Source: Neoechinorhynchus agilis (lineage: Eukaryota; Animalia; Acanthocephala). From it: a stretch of DNA of 64,000 nt. Of the stretch, positions 39,208-52,749 are shown piece after piece. The stretch is from assembly GCA_051530055.1 (NCBI GenBank), contig CM121341.1, positions 16,966,784 to 17,030,783 on the forward strand. The letters run 5' to 3'. The position numbers were made by a program, and so were the translations under genes. The notes beneath the pieces were generated by a model. That model ran no database searches. It worked only from the letters and a program-made list of their open reading frames with translations, and had not been told where the DNA came from. Positions within the stretch are counted from its first letter, which is position 1. The number at the start of each line of letters is the position of its first letter.

Positions 39208-42200
39208 TTAATTTTCTTTTTCTTTAGCAATGGCCTGCCGCATCAAATTAAGCGCCGATCCAGCTTCAAACCACTTAATATGAGTTTCGTTAAGGGTATG
39301 TTTCAACTTTATTGATTCTGTCGATCCATCTGCATGTTTCATTTCACATTTTAGTTTCTAAATGGAACTCTTAATGTATACAAAAGGCAAAGTGTATTGA
39401 AAAGTACTTTTCCCACTTGTAGTTGTTTCTTCAAATCGCGAAAATTTAACCTATCATCCGGCTGAATTTTATCATAATCTTTAGGATCAAAGAATGTTAA
39501 GGGAATTATGCCTTGTTTTTTCAGATTTGTTTCTAAACAAGATTTTACAAAAACCTTTGTTTTAGTCTACATTCTTTACCATGTATTCGTGCAAAACTGC
39601 GGCTAATAACAACCCGACATCCGAGGTATCGCGGTTCAAGTGCCGCATGTTCTCTAGAACTTCCTTCGCCGTAGTTCTCATCACCAATAACACACCACGG
39701 TCGATTAAATTTCTAAAAAAATAGTGTTTCAAAGGAAAAGGCATCATAAATGCGACCTTATAATAGCGAGCCGTGTCTGGTACAGTTCCATACACACCCG
39801 TCAAATGATTTTTGACGTTGTTCGTTTCGCAATTTTCTATATTTGTCGCTCCGACCAACATATTGTTGGAAATGTTGTCCAAGTGAACGGGAAACGATTA
39901 CTATGTTTCTTACCAAGACTTCAATTGTTTAAAAAACATTTTTGAAAATTTAAGGCGCAAAAAGCGTTTTCGCTTGAATACTAATCGGTATAGGGATAAA
40001 AATTAAGGCAGCTACGCCCTTTAAAGACGTGAAGAAACTAATGAATAAATCGCTCAATTTTGAGCATTGAGTTGATTTGAAAAGATACACGAGTAAAAAA
40101 ATTTCGGCAAGCGATTGTGTGCATAAAACAAAGCAATATTCTGACCAAATAAAACCGTTATTGATAAAAAAATTCAAATGTTACTCCTATTTCGGTTTAC
40201 TCGACTTAAAAAAGGTTTTGAAAAGGTCCTTTCACCGATTCCCGTCACCTAAATGACCTCTGTATTTTAACCAACGTCCGGCTGGACTTATATGATCAGT
40301 TGTACACTTTCCTTTTGTCTACATCATCGGTTTTTACCAGAATAGGTCGATAAAAACACATACAGACCTTTATCAATATCAACATATCGATAATATCTTC
40401 CCCATCCCATGGTTTAAAAGGTTCAAGTAATTGAAGTCGCGTGCTCGTACCATCGACAACAACCATGGTTGAGCTGGGATCACTAGAAGGAGGTCGATAC
40501 CCACACACGCCGCTATCAAAGCCTTGATCCGAAAAGGATTTTCCACTGGGGGCGCTTAGGCGAAACTTGCCACCGGATGCGTCCTCCAGCGTGTCCTTTA
40601 ACGGATCGAAATCTAAGTGGCCAGATAAAGCTAATGCAACCACGATTTCCGGCGACGCCACAAAGGCATGAGTGTTGCTAAAGCCATCATTTCGACCGGC
40701 AAAGTTTCGATTGTATGAGTTAACTATTGTATTCTTCTCATTTGATGATATGTCACTTCTAGACACCGTTAGTTTTTATCGAATTTTTATACGCAAACAA
40801 CAATGACCTTTTCCATTGACCAATGCATGGGCCACAAGCATTGGCCAGGACAATTGCTCCGATCTTTCTAAACGTATCAGCAATTCCATCTCGCTCAATC
40901 GTGGCTCGTATTTGCTCGGAACCAGGGGTTACCATCAATGGACACTTAACTTTTATTCCGCGTTCAAAAGCTTGTTTCGCTAGGGAAGCTGAACGCGTCA
41001 TATCTTCATATGAGCTATTCGTACAGCTACCGATCAACGCTAGAAAATTGAGCAAGGTTAAAGTTCAATTAACTGAGTTGCCTTTAGATCTCAAAAGGAC
41101 ATTTCTAACACTGAAGATATGCTTTCCTTTTTTCTCTAAGTGTTATGAACATCCCTTACACGGTTGATTATTTTCTTTGGGCACACAACTCACCGATCAG
41201 CCGTGTAAGTGATGTTCACAACATTTAGAGAAAAAGCGCAACCAGCAAGCCAGACAAAAGATAAAATAATATACCTTCCTTTTTACAATTCGTGAATACT
41301 GACCGTTACTTATATTCGTCGGCCAATCATGTTTTCTTGCAGCGTCACCAACATCCTTTCCAACTCGATGACATCTATCCGGTGAAAATGGTCCATTGAT
41401 CAAAGGTCTAAGCTACTCAAGTTTGATCAAACAAACACGCGTACATAAGACATTTGAAAGACAAACCTCCGATAAATCGATCTCATAAAAACGGTCATAC
41501 TTGCATCCTTTATCAGGTACAAGCATATCCTCAGCAACATTATCGGCTTCTTTCCCAATACTTGACCTGGATGTTTCGGTCAAATAAGTCCTCATATTTC
41601 TATTATATGGAAATATAGAAGCCGTTGCTCCGATTTCAGCCCCCATGTTACAAATGGTTGCCATTCCTTTAAATCTGGGAGTAATTAAGCGTCAGAATTT
41701 CTTAACTTACCAGTACATGATATGCTTTCGACTCCTGGTCCATGATATTCTATGACAGATCCAGTTCCACCTTTTACAGTCAGTAGTTGAGCCACTTTTA
41801 AAATTACATCTTTAGGCGCAGTCCAGCCAGATAGTTTTCCAGTCAGCCTAATACCGATGACCTGTTTAATATACGATGAACCTTAGAAGTCTAATGAAGA
41901 GAAAATATAAACCTTTGGATAAGACAACTCCCACGGCATTCCAGCCATCACGTCAACTGCATCTGCTCCACCTACGCCGACACTAAGGCTACCAAGACCC
42001 CCAGCATTCGGTGTGTGGCTATCTGTGCCAATGAGCAACATTCCCGGATAAGCATAGTTCTCAAGAACTATCTAAAAATAAATTGCAAGAAAATCGTTAA
42101 GTCGTCCCACGCACCTGATGAATAATTCCACTTCCAGGCTTCCAAAATCCAATTCCGTATTTTTGAGAAGCTGATGATAAAAAGTCGTAAATTTCCTTAT

Positions 42201-42720
42201 TCTTGTTTAGTGCATTCTCTAAATCTTTGGAACCTTCCGTCTCGGCCTCGATCAAATGATCGCAATGAACAGTCGTTGGAGTTAAAACCCGGTCGATTCC
42301 AGAGGAAATGAATTGTAAAATGGCCATCTGAGCGGTCGCATCTTGCATTGCTATTCTGTCCGGTTTTAACATTAGGTACGAAGATCCGCGTTTTAGATTT
42401 GAGATCTGAATTGGAAATAGAGGAATATTGTCCTTTCTTTAAAAAACCAAACTGACATCTTTATGATGATGTTCGTCCAAGTGAGAGAGAAGGATTTTAT
42501 CTGTTAACGTTAGAAGTTCAGACTTTTGTTTTCTCGCATTTCTCAGTCTGGTCATCATTGAATCGTAGTTTATGCATGAATATTTTTCCCAGGCGTTTGA
42601 TTGAACCTTTATTAAAGATAGTTTAATTGTCTTGATAAACAAAACTTTTAATAGATGTAATTTAAAAGGTACAATGTTTAGAAAGTACCAACTAACCCTT
42701 ATCGAATTCGATTTGCTCAT
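39208..42720 (-). CDS. ACO2: Mitochondrial aconitate hydratase, multi-exon
   Basis: [85 protein letters not shown]. Confidence 0.96.
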
Positions 42721-44789
42721 TATTTAAACGAATTCCACTGAAAGCATTGAACGAGGACTATTCTGGCAATATGAAAAATACAGTGGCTTCCATATTAATC
42801 AGAAGATAAAATTGTCCAGCTAGAAAAAACCCATTTAAGGTGTAAACAAATGTGTCAAGTGTCATTTCTGCCGCTTCTAGATTTTCGCTAAGTTTCACCT
42901 TTCCTACCAAATCCGCCTTAGACATATTGATTACTTACAGAACTTGATGACAGAAGTCGTCTGAATAAGTAAACCTATTCGCGATTGATTATATCACTTC
43001 AAAGTTCCATAACAAACCTTGAATTCCTTCAGTAGCATTTTATTCATTACAAAGACCGTCAAGAGTATTACAAGCCTCCGCAATGTGTATCTACAAGAGA
43101 CGCAAAGGTGAAATTCTAGAGACATGACATTGCCTAATTACGAGGAAAATTAAATTTTAACGACATCAACGTATGCTTTTCATCATAAGTGAACGCTTTA
43201 CAATAATCGAAGGCATAGTTGTGTATAACCCAGATTTTACGCTTTATATTGGGAATAAAAATTATAATTGAAACTTAATATTTTCTTTGATAAATAATTA
43301 GATTTGATCTCACCATTAATCGACACGCAGATCAGCACATCTATAATGGTCGATGAATTGAAATAGAACGCTTGAACTATCGTTTTAAAACGTGCAAGGA
43401 CCAACGAGGCATTCTATTTGTTAAGAGACTTGAAAGATTTGAATTCCATGGAAACTCTATTAATCTTTGTTTTAATTAGTTCACCCTCACCCTTTTCAAT
43501 TGAACACCCAATCCAATACAAAAAAAGACTTTTTAAATTGAATATTGGCTAAAAATACCATATTGATACGAGTCCGACGGCACTCAGCTAAGATATGGTT
43601 AACGGCGCATGTTCAGCCAGAGATTTCCAAATTGCACAGTAGCCGAGATAATTACCCGACTTAATAACCTTTTATAACTAAAACAATGGCCAACAAATAA
43701 AGATCGAAATTTTGTGGCACAGTGGATCTGCATATCTCAATGTATCTTCACAATTTCCTTGTTCAATGATATTAAAGAAAAATAAATCATAATGACATAC
43801 GTTGAATCGCAAGAAAATTTTAACAAAGCTATACATTCATTTGAGCCTAAGAGCCTAAGCGAAAAACCCGTAATCCAATGGGAATTCGCTCAAAAGCCCT
43901 TTTTTAGAACCATTCATTTAATTTACTAGCCTCGGCTGTCTCTTTTTCTTTAAAACAAAAAAGGCTAATTTTTAGAATAAGATAATTTAAAAACTTACAT
44001 AAAAAGTCGTATAACATCTTAGAATGATGATTTTATTTAACAACGGTAGCGATCATGGATACTAAAATTCGAAAATGCAATTAGCTTTCTTAGCAGCAGA
44101 GAATCAACAGTCTTAAAATAACCCAACGTTTATGTATACTGAAACTGAACAATCGAAAATTCTTTACTTTTAAGAGCTCACATATCCTCATAAGAGCGAA
44201 TGCGTTGATGAAAAAGCTAAGCTTTAAACCATGACATCAATTATGACTAATTAATCGATCATCTCGTAACAGCATTTGATTGCTAAAATCTCGTAGTTTC
44301 CCAACTTTCATTTCTATTAGTCACTGAGTGTTTGTCTACATGAGCCCCCGGGGTGACGTTATCGATTGTTACGCAAAAGTGTAGAGATACCAATTTTTAA
44401 TTGTTTGCCACAAAAAGGGGAGGATGGTCAACAGAATTCGAGTCGAAAAAGATTCCCAACTAAATATTTTCGAAACCATTCGAGAAACGCTCGACCAAAC
44501 GTGAGCATTGCAATAGCATTCTTTCTATATTGCACCGTAAAACGAGAAAGCATTTTAGAATCAATCATTCGAATGTATTTTTAAAAATTGATATCAACAA
44601 AACTTTTCATTTTTGAAGAAATGAAAATTTTCTCTGAGACAATAAATTGTACACATTTTTCAAGTTTAGAATCTCGTAAAATAGGCAAGGTTCTCACATC
44701 AAAATGAAATATTTAAAAGGCAAATTAAGTTGTTTACTTATTTCAAAGTACTTAAAGTTTATTTATGGGTACAATTACGAAATTGTTTG

Positions 44790-45370
44790 TAATAACACGT
44801 GTTATTTGCTAATACCCAAAGAATAGGACCCATGTACTTTGAGTCTTCATAAACACTCGAGTTCAGAGTTGTTCCATGAAGGTTGATTTTGGAGTAGATT
44901 ACGAGTCCGGGCGGGTGAGAATATCCAGTCGGGTTGGTGGTTATTGTTTGCAGGAGGGTTTGTTAGGTTGGGTCTTTCCTAAGGTTCATTTCAGGTTATT
45001 ATATCCCAGAATATTGGGCAGCATGGGAAAAGGAGCGTAGGTATAGGGAGGTGCGATGTCAAGGGGGGATGAAATGAATTGCAACTGTCATGATCGTGTG
45101 AAATCCTATAAAAGCATTTGGTAAGCGAGGGGAAACCAACTGCACAAATTTTAGAGGTTCTTGTATGAAACGTTTCAAAGCAAAGGATTTGTGATTGGGA
45201 AAGGTTGCAAAATACGGGATAATCGTAGGTGAGGGAGGATAAAATAAAGATGAAGTAAAATTTCGAGCGACCGGGCGAAGGAACTTCTAAATGACCGAGG
45301 CGTTTGAGGAGGTAGATTTTAAGGGTGTTGAGCTTGAGAGAGGGATGTGTTAGCCCGCCTAAGGTAACGC
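44790..45370 (-). mobile_element. LINE 3' fragment, same family as 6700-7860
   Basis: Minus strand YDYPVFCNLS and CTCGAGTGTT..ACGTGTTATTA end. Confidence 0.6.
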
Positions 45371-45377
45371 ATAAAAC

Positions 45378-47672
45378 AACCAATTTTTGTAGATATCTGA
45401 AGAGGTGGATTTTGTAAACGAAATATTGAGTTACATGAATACGCCTGGGGGTTTTAACCGCTCAACAAGAATATCTTTCCACCCGAATGTGATCCTGCAC
45501 GAAATTTACAAGCAGTATGGCAGTAACTGCGTTAAAGTTATTCACAAGTTGGTTAAGATGGAACAGAAGCTACATAGTTTCAAAGAAGGGTTACGATTTC
45601 TGTAAAAGTGCAGGGGTGAATCTCTCACTCACACGTGAGTACGCATCAAGTCTGTTATGATCAGATTTGAAGGATCCAAGCTGCAGCGTTACTTCGAGCA
45701 TAAACTGATTTTATTCGGAATCAGGGAGTTTAGAAGTCGGAGTTCCAAAGTTCTACGTACTACTAAAGAGCTCATAACATCTATATTTGCGGGTTTGGAT
45801 ACTTAGGATGGCATATGGCTTGATGGTTACGTCAGTGAGAGAGTGGCAAGAGTGTTGAACGAGGCTATAGAAAGGCATAGTGGGAAATTGGAACGCTTGC
45901 GACCAAGGATATCGAATCAGTCTAACTTTTTCATTAACAGGTCACAACGGACCTTATTAAACAAAAGACCTGATTTTGTAGTATGACATTGAAGGAAGGA
46001 AATTGATATCAGGTGCGGCAGCGAAATTATGTTAAAAGCATGTCCGGATTCGTTATGCACTGTTGTTGACTATGACATGACTGCCCGTGCAACCTTCGGT
46101 CACAAATTCGCCAAGAGAATAAACATGATAGTTAAAAGTGTAATGTCCACAGCCGATTCATATGTCCAAGATGGCCCGGCCTTTGCAAAGGAAATTCTGC
46201 AACAAAATTTTTGCAATACAAGTCTATTCACGGCGGATGTGGTGTCCTAGTTCACAAATATTCCTCTTGCTAGAGCGCTGGATATGACTGCAACGATCCT
46301 GGCCGAGCGTTGCACGAACCAAAATTGGATATAAAGGCATGGACCGACGTCCTGAATTGGTGCACCACGAAGACTTCTTTCAGGTTCAATGACTCCTTTT
46401 ACGATTAGAAAAGCGGTGGGTCAATGGGTTCTCCTTTAGCCCCAGTTATAGGCCATATATACATGCAAAACTGGGAGCGCGAATTCCTCAGCAAACACAC
46501 GACGATCAAAAGATGGCGTCGTTATGTGGACGACGTATTCATCATTACCGAATAAGGAGTCGACGAGGGTGCGTTGGAAACTCTGATAAACGCGGAGGAT
46601 AAGCGGATACAGTGAACTATCACTCCGGAAAGTACTGACGGTACGGTATCCTTCCTTGATGTCCTAGTGAATAGACATCACGATGGAACGGTGACTTAGT
46701 ATTTATCGAAAACCCAAGGTACCATGGTTACCACCGAAATGGACAAGCCACCGATCTACGCAGAACAAGATAAATGTGGCCCGTTCATATTTCCGTAGAG
46801 CCTTAAACATTTGTTCGTCCAACTCCATTCGGTCCAATGAAAGGAATGATATTATCAAGGTCTTGCGTTTAAGAGGATATCCTAAGTGGGCTATTGATAT
46901 GGCCAAGAAGCGTAACAGGCGACGAACCGATCAACGCAGTAACGATCTGCCAACGAATCCAACGCCTACAAAATATATCGCACATTCTTTCATTAGCGAA
47001 GAGGCTACAAACAAAATACGGCCCCTAAGAAAAGAATACCGAATGTGAGGATTATTTACAGTTTCAATTAGCGATGTTTGGGGGACGACATTGGCTGGTT
47101 TTTGCAAAAAGAAGACCGCGACGACACCTACATGCGGAGTCTACGAAATAGGCTGTCCGGAAAGCGATAAAAGTATATTGGACAGACGAAGCAAGGTCTG
47201 AGCGAACGTATCCAACAGCATAAATACGCGTGTAGGCGTTCCCATCGATCATCGGCAATATCTAACCACAAACAGACAGCTCAACACCGAGTTGACTTTG
47301 ACGGTGCTGCTATGATTATGGACAACGCTAACTTGAGCCGGAGACTCGTGTATGAATCCATAAACATTTCAGCGAACCGGACAATGGAGGGAAACAAGGG
47401 AAATTTCAGCCTCGTACTCCCAATCAACGACTTGGTGCTGTAGGAAAACCGAACATTGCACAGGGGGTTCGAGCGGACACTAACTCCCCGAATCACGGGT
47501 ACCGCAAAACCACGCTCCTGAGCCTGAGGTAACCCATCAAGTAACCAATTTTTGTAGATATCTGAAGAGGTGGATTTTGTCCACGAAATATTAAATAACG
47601 TAAATACGTCTCGGTGTTTGAACCGCTCAACAAAAATATCTTTCCACCCGAATGTGATCCTGCATGAAATTA
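45378..47672 (+). mobile_element. Near-complete decayed Penelope element with ~130-bp direct terminal repeats carrying hammerhead cores
   Basis: RT MGSPLAPVIGHIYMQ..WRRYVDDVFII; thumb RRALNICS..LRLRGYP; GIY-YIG GVYEIGC..YIGQTK..ERIQQHKY. pLTRs at 45378-45510 and 47545-47672 with CUGAAGA-G-GUGGA(uuuug)UCCAC-GAAA-UAU-U. Confidence 0.9.
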
Positions 47673-47900
47673 TCAAGAATGCAATAATCTGAAACAGTTT
47701 TTATTTCTTTTACAAATTATTGGACACTAAAAAGCACTTTGAGCGAATAAGATTACTTCAGAAATAATTAGCTTTTGATTGGCTAGTTAACCCAGCCGAA
47801 TTTTTCAATGAGTAATTTTAATAATGCTGTTTGCTTAACGACAATGGGCTGATTTTTAGTTTCACACGAAAATATCGATTTAATTCCTCTAATAATCAGA

Positions 47901-48506
47901 TCAAACTTCTGCTTGAACGAATGAATCCTCTTGTTGGCTGGGAGTGTATAGTGCAGAATGAACAAGCACGATTCCAATAGAAGCTCCAAGAATCCAAAAA
48001 ATGACAGAAGTCGCTTTGGCCAAGAAAAACAGTGGCAAGGAAAAGGCAACGACTGCTACGTATTGATAAAAAACGGGTACTTGTCGACCGAACAAGGTCA
48101 ACGGAGATTGCGAAGATGATTTTGTATTGACCATGTAGAAGCCAAGGAGCATTATAATTACGACAAGTAGGATAAGAGGACTTGTGACAATTGAGTAGAT
48201 CCCGAGAACCACAAAAATAATGAAATAGTTGGACTGAAAGTATTCCACATTGGAAAGTACTCTTCGAATGGCACGCCGAGGAGTCTTCGGAAGGCTGATT
48301 CGCGAAGTATTTAAAAACTCAAGCCAAGGACGAACAGAGTTCTTCTGACTTTGGTACCATTCACTTGGATTCATTCGTCGAAGAGAATTTAGAGACCAAC
48401 GCGACGCATTCAGTGGTGGTCCGTCCATCTCCCCGGATACCATTGGAATTGTCGTGTCATTCGGTAGCTGATCACTGTGAGATTGGACCTTTGATTCCAT
48501 TCTCAA
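47901..48506 (-). CDS. RABAC1: PRA1-family prenylated Rab acceptor
   Basis: RPWLEFL..RVLSNVEYFQSNY and FWILGAS..VLVHSALY. Confidence 0.92.
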   Translation of the reverse strand: MRMESKVQSHSDQLPNDTTIPMVSGEMDGPPLNASRWSLNSLRRMNPSEWYQSQKNSVRPWLEFLNTSRISLPKTPRRAIRRVLSNVEYFQSNYFIIFVVLGIYSIVTSPLILLVVIIMLLGFYMVNTKSSSQSPLTLFGRQVPVFYQYVAVVAFSLPLFFLAKATSVIFWILGASIGIVLVHSALYTPSQQEDSFVQAEV

Positions 48507-48859
48507 TATAGTTTCCGAATGATGGCCGGACTAAAATGAAGATTATGCCACCAGTAAAAAAATGATAGCGGGATAAACACTATTTGCAAGAATTCTTTCG
48601 CATATATCAAATGGCGTCATTGATAAGATAATGATGTACACAGGCGTGAGAAAAGATCGCTTTAAGTTTTTGTATTTTGGTTAGTGGACGGTTACGAATG
48701 CGACCGGTTAGCGTCGCCGTACTCAGGAAAGAAGATACAGCCGATCTCGGTTAATCGGATATCACATCGAAACGCGATGGTTTTCGTCATAGTGGTTGTA
48801 CTATGTATTTTGTATAAATCATCGGAGTATTAAAGAATATAAGATGCTTTATCTCCTAT

Positions 48860-49630
48860 TTACACGAGAACAACACTCGCAATCCCAATTCCTTTCATCC
48901 TCCCTGTACCTACGCTCCTTTTTCCATGCTGCCTAATATTCTGGGATATCATAAACTGAAATGAACCTGGGGAAAGACCAACCTTACAAGCTCTCATGCA
49001 AACAATAACCATTAACTTTCCCAACTCGACCGGAACCGTCATCAACTCCAAAATAAACAACTACATTCAAGGAACCTATAGACAGTTAATCTTCTTTGTT
49101 CAAGAATAAAACGTGTTACCGAAAAGGCTGAATTATTAAATAGATAAACAAACATTGCGACTTTTCAAAATGATCTCAGTAATCTAATGCAATTCTTCCA
49201 TTTTCCCAGTAACTGGGTTCAATTTGCGATTTAACGATTTCACCCCCTCAATCCATCAAGGAAATCGTCAACAAACAATCAAAACGCCTCTCAACCCTAC
49301 CACCACAATTTTTAAGACATTTTGTTCCCTTTTCAAACATCAGAACAACACTCGCAATCCCAATTCTTTTCATCCCCCATCTACCTCAGATCCTTTTTCA
49401 TACTGCTCAATCCTCTCGGATATCATAACTTGAAATGAACGCGAGGAAAGACCAACCTCACAAGCTCTTATGTAAACAATAACCATTAACTTTCTCAACC
49501 GGTCTGGAACCGTCATCCACTCCAAAATAAACAACTACATCCATTTAACCTATCAGAACTCGAGTGTTCGCGAAGAGCCATAGATATAGGTCCCTCTTAT
49601 GTTTTTCAACAAAACGTGTTGTTATTAATG
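48860..49630 (+). mobile_element. Two LINE 3'-end fragments
   Basis: GAACAACACTCGCAATCCCAATT at 48867 and 49342. Both end in AAAACGTGTT. Confidence 0.65.
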
Positions 49631-50519
49631 CCTCCCCATCTGTATACTTGTCTGTGTTGAACAATTTCTGATCCACAAGATATCGATCCTTCGTGATATA
49701 GAAAATTCTTAGGAAAATGCGGATGATAAAATTCTCTTTTGTCCATCGATTCGTCGCCCACTTTAAAACGCCTCGGATGAATCAAACGTAAGTTATAATC
49801 AGAAAACCGGCGCGATTAAGAGCGCCGAGGGCGATTATCATCTCGGTTTTCGTTCGTAATGGCGGTATATTGTAGCAAATATATTTATCTTGAGGCAAAA
49901 TTTAAAATTTGGCTTATGTTGTTGAGTGATGTTGAATATTCTAGGAAAAGTGTAAACTTAAACCCGCAACCATATGTTTGAATTATTTGGCCTCTGCAAA
50001 TGGCTGAAATTCGAATGGAAAATTTGCCGACTGACTTTAGAAGATATCTCAATCGTGCTATAAAAGCAAGGATCATTCCTGAAACGAGTTTTAAGCATTT
50101 CAATATCGATTTGTGTTCGAAAATTATTTAGTAGTTTAATTTATCACGGTCAAGATAAATATAACTTTTACATATAAAAAATTTGCTTTTTCTTGCTCTA
50201 TTGTCGAAGGGTGGAGCAAGAAAATGGTCCCGTGTGTACAAACATAAATCGTTGAATAGATAAAAATTTTCTTGTTTAGTAAACAAATTAGATTTGAAAT
50301 TTCTTACAATTAACGGAAGCGTCAATGAACATACCAAGAAATAACCGAATGAATGCTTAATACCAAAATGCGATCAAACTTTTAAGAAAATGAACGTGGA
50401 ACTTCCGTAAAAATTATAAAACGACCGATTGGGCGTAAACAAACGACATAAAAATTAAGTTTTAATTTCCAAAATTAAAATGGAAAATAGCACACAAAAA
50501 TCCATTTATTCCCATCTGA

Positions 50520-50702
50520 TCATATCGCTTTAGTTAGCCTTCCCCTTTTCACTAAATTCTTATGTTTTTTCCCAGTTGACCTTGAGTTCACCAATTTTTT
50601 TTTCCAAGTTTCCCAGTAAATGTTATCATTCAGCAATTTCAATGGATACACTGTCTTTAGTTCGATTGCGAGCAAGAAAAGTAGGAGTAAATAGAACTTC
50701 AT
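50520..50702 (-). CDS. Possible short secreted peptide ORF
   Basis: Signal-peptide-like MKFYLLLLFLLAIEL and basic sites (KKK, KK, KR). No family recognised. Confidence 0.25.
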   Translation of the reverse strand: MKFYLLLLFLLAIELKTVYPLKLLNDNIYWETWKKKLVNSRSTGKKHKNLVKRGRLTKAI

Positions 50703-50959
50703 TTACGAATCAAGACTACGCTCCTGTCTTGGTTAAATTAAACGACTTGACAAGAAATTTATGAGCAATGCACCATTCGGTCGAAATTTACTCGTCATGT
50801 CAGGTATCGGAACCGGAACCATTCCCTAACAAAACAACTGAAACCAGAAACCCCTGAAATTCAAAGTAACTACAAATTCTGTGCAATGAGTTTTGTCTAA
50901 GGCACCAAAAACCATAAAGCTACTGACGACGCTGAAGCTAGTTGCAATTAAAAGGTTGT

Positions 50960-51175
50960 TTTTATATGGCGGAAAAATTGAAGTAATTTATTAGGTCGAA
51001 TATTTCGGCAAAATATTGTGCATTTTATCAAGTTTAAGTAAGCTTTTTTCCTGTAATTTCTTCAGCAAAAACCTTGATAAAGGCATAATATTGTGACGAA
51101 ATATTGGACCTAATGAATTACTACAATTTTTTCGCCACATAAAAACATGAATAATTCAATCTTCAAACAATTAAA
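50960..51175. mobile_element. Family B hammerhead palindrome
   Basis: GGCGGAAAAATTGAAGTAATTTATT..ATATTTCGGCAAAATATTGTGCATTTTATCAAG / CCTTGATAAAGGCATAATATTGTGACGAAATATTGG..TTTTTCGCC. Confidence 0.75.
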
Positions 51176-52173
51176 CGATTTTTTTATTGTCAATAGTGAT
51201 AGAACAAATGGGAGTTTATCATAATTCACGGACAATATTTGAGTTTTTCAAAACCGTTTTCGATCAAATGGCTCTCAATGACATATCTCCGCTTGCGCTT
51301 TTTGGTTTGGCTTCAAGCATCAATCCGAAAAAGAAGAGAAGATAAACGAAGTTCATTTCCCGATGAAATTTCATTCGTTGCTATTAAAAGATAAAACTAT
51401 AAAAAGAGATTTATGAGCAACAACAGACGGTTCAAGCTGGCGAATGCGCCATTTGCCTAAAATATTTCTCGATTTATACGCCATTTTGAAGTTCCTTACC
51501 GTCATATGATGTTTCATTCTATTTTTAATCCACAATTTCACGATTAATTTGGCAAGTTAATCGAAAAACTGCCGAATCACGAGCCCATTTGTTACCTATT
51601 CCTTACAATGACTTGATGGAATGTCAACTGATTTCCAACCAATTATTTCATTTTCTATTGTCGACACATGAGCAATCCACGCGATTGAAACGATATATTT
51701 TATTTTGTATCAATATTCGGAGTTTTACCTCTTCTGGGTCCGCCAAAAACAATATAGAGATAAAGTTAGACCAATATCAATGATAAGGTTAACTTGTCCA
51801 TTTGGTTAAGCACAATAACACATCGAACTTTGTTCGTCTCCTGTGACAACCACGCTCAGTCCCACTTTTCACCTATTGCGAAAACAAAACCTTCGCAAGC
51901 GAAAGTTCCAATGTCTCTCGCTTCCTACTTCGCGGAAGTTAAAAGCTTTACTCCTTTACCTGAGGGAACCTAGAGTGGTGTTTGACCCATATAAGCCGTG
52001 TTTGGGTTCAATGCGTTACGTGCGTGGAGAGGCATCGCCCTGCATGCTTGCAGATAAGGCAAACCTTCGCTCATCAGTAAATTTTTCACCATAATGGTCA
52101 TAAACAATCATTTTGGGATGCACTTCCGGTAGCGAGAATTCATAACTCTTTAATTTCAGATTCTCGTGACCTG

Positions 52174-52745
52174 GTGAACCGAACTCGATTGGCGGCAGTT
52201 TCTACAAGAGAATCAGGTGCTTGGCTCAACGCTCTCTCTGTCGTTTCTGTGGATACCCTTCTCACATACGAGACAGTAAAGATCGCAGTGTCCCCGAGAC
52301 TTGAGGGAACCGATGTACACATCACATCGCTGCCGTTGCGGAGCGACCGTGGAACCATCGGGACGCCATGGTCTCGTCTGTCGGCAATCAGATGGAAGGT
52401 ACACTTACGACATGCCGAAGTGAACGAAATGCTCTTTGTCGCACCCTGAATACTGTGAATGCGCCCAACATCCCAGAGCCGAGCAATCTTTGCCGACTCG
52501 ATGGCCACAGACCGGATGGTGTCACAGTGTTTCCATGGTAAATGCTCGCAGCCAGCAACATAAAATTCGCAGCCGTTAAACCGGGGGGAGGGTAGTAACC
52601 GCCGCTGAGGATCGCATAAAGACCAAATACAGCGACCTGGTTCGAAATCATTATTTCGTTCCCTCTGGGGAAGAACGATCCGAGAAAAGGAGCATTCCTC
52701 CAGGATCGCTTCATCCGTCCAATTTCGAAGGTAAGTGTTACGATC
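52174..52745 (+). mobile_element. Decayed CRE-clade non-LTR retrotransposon C-terminus (CCHC knuckle + restriction-like endonuclease)
   Basis: RLAAVSTRESGAWLNAL; HRCRCG..GRHGLVC; RHAEVNE; EPSNLCRLDGHRPDGVTVFPW, read across frameshifts. Confidence 0.85.
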
Positions 52746-52749
52746 AAGT

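Noticed and set aside
39950-40177. 75-aa ORF in an aconitase intron
   Set aside because: AT-rich with no recognisable features.
42780-44200. Possible spliced gene upstream of aconitase
   Set aside because: Some open stretches, but no exon chain or family could be established by eye.
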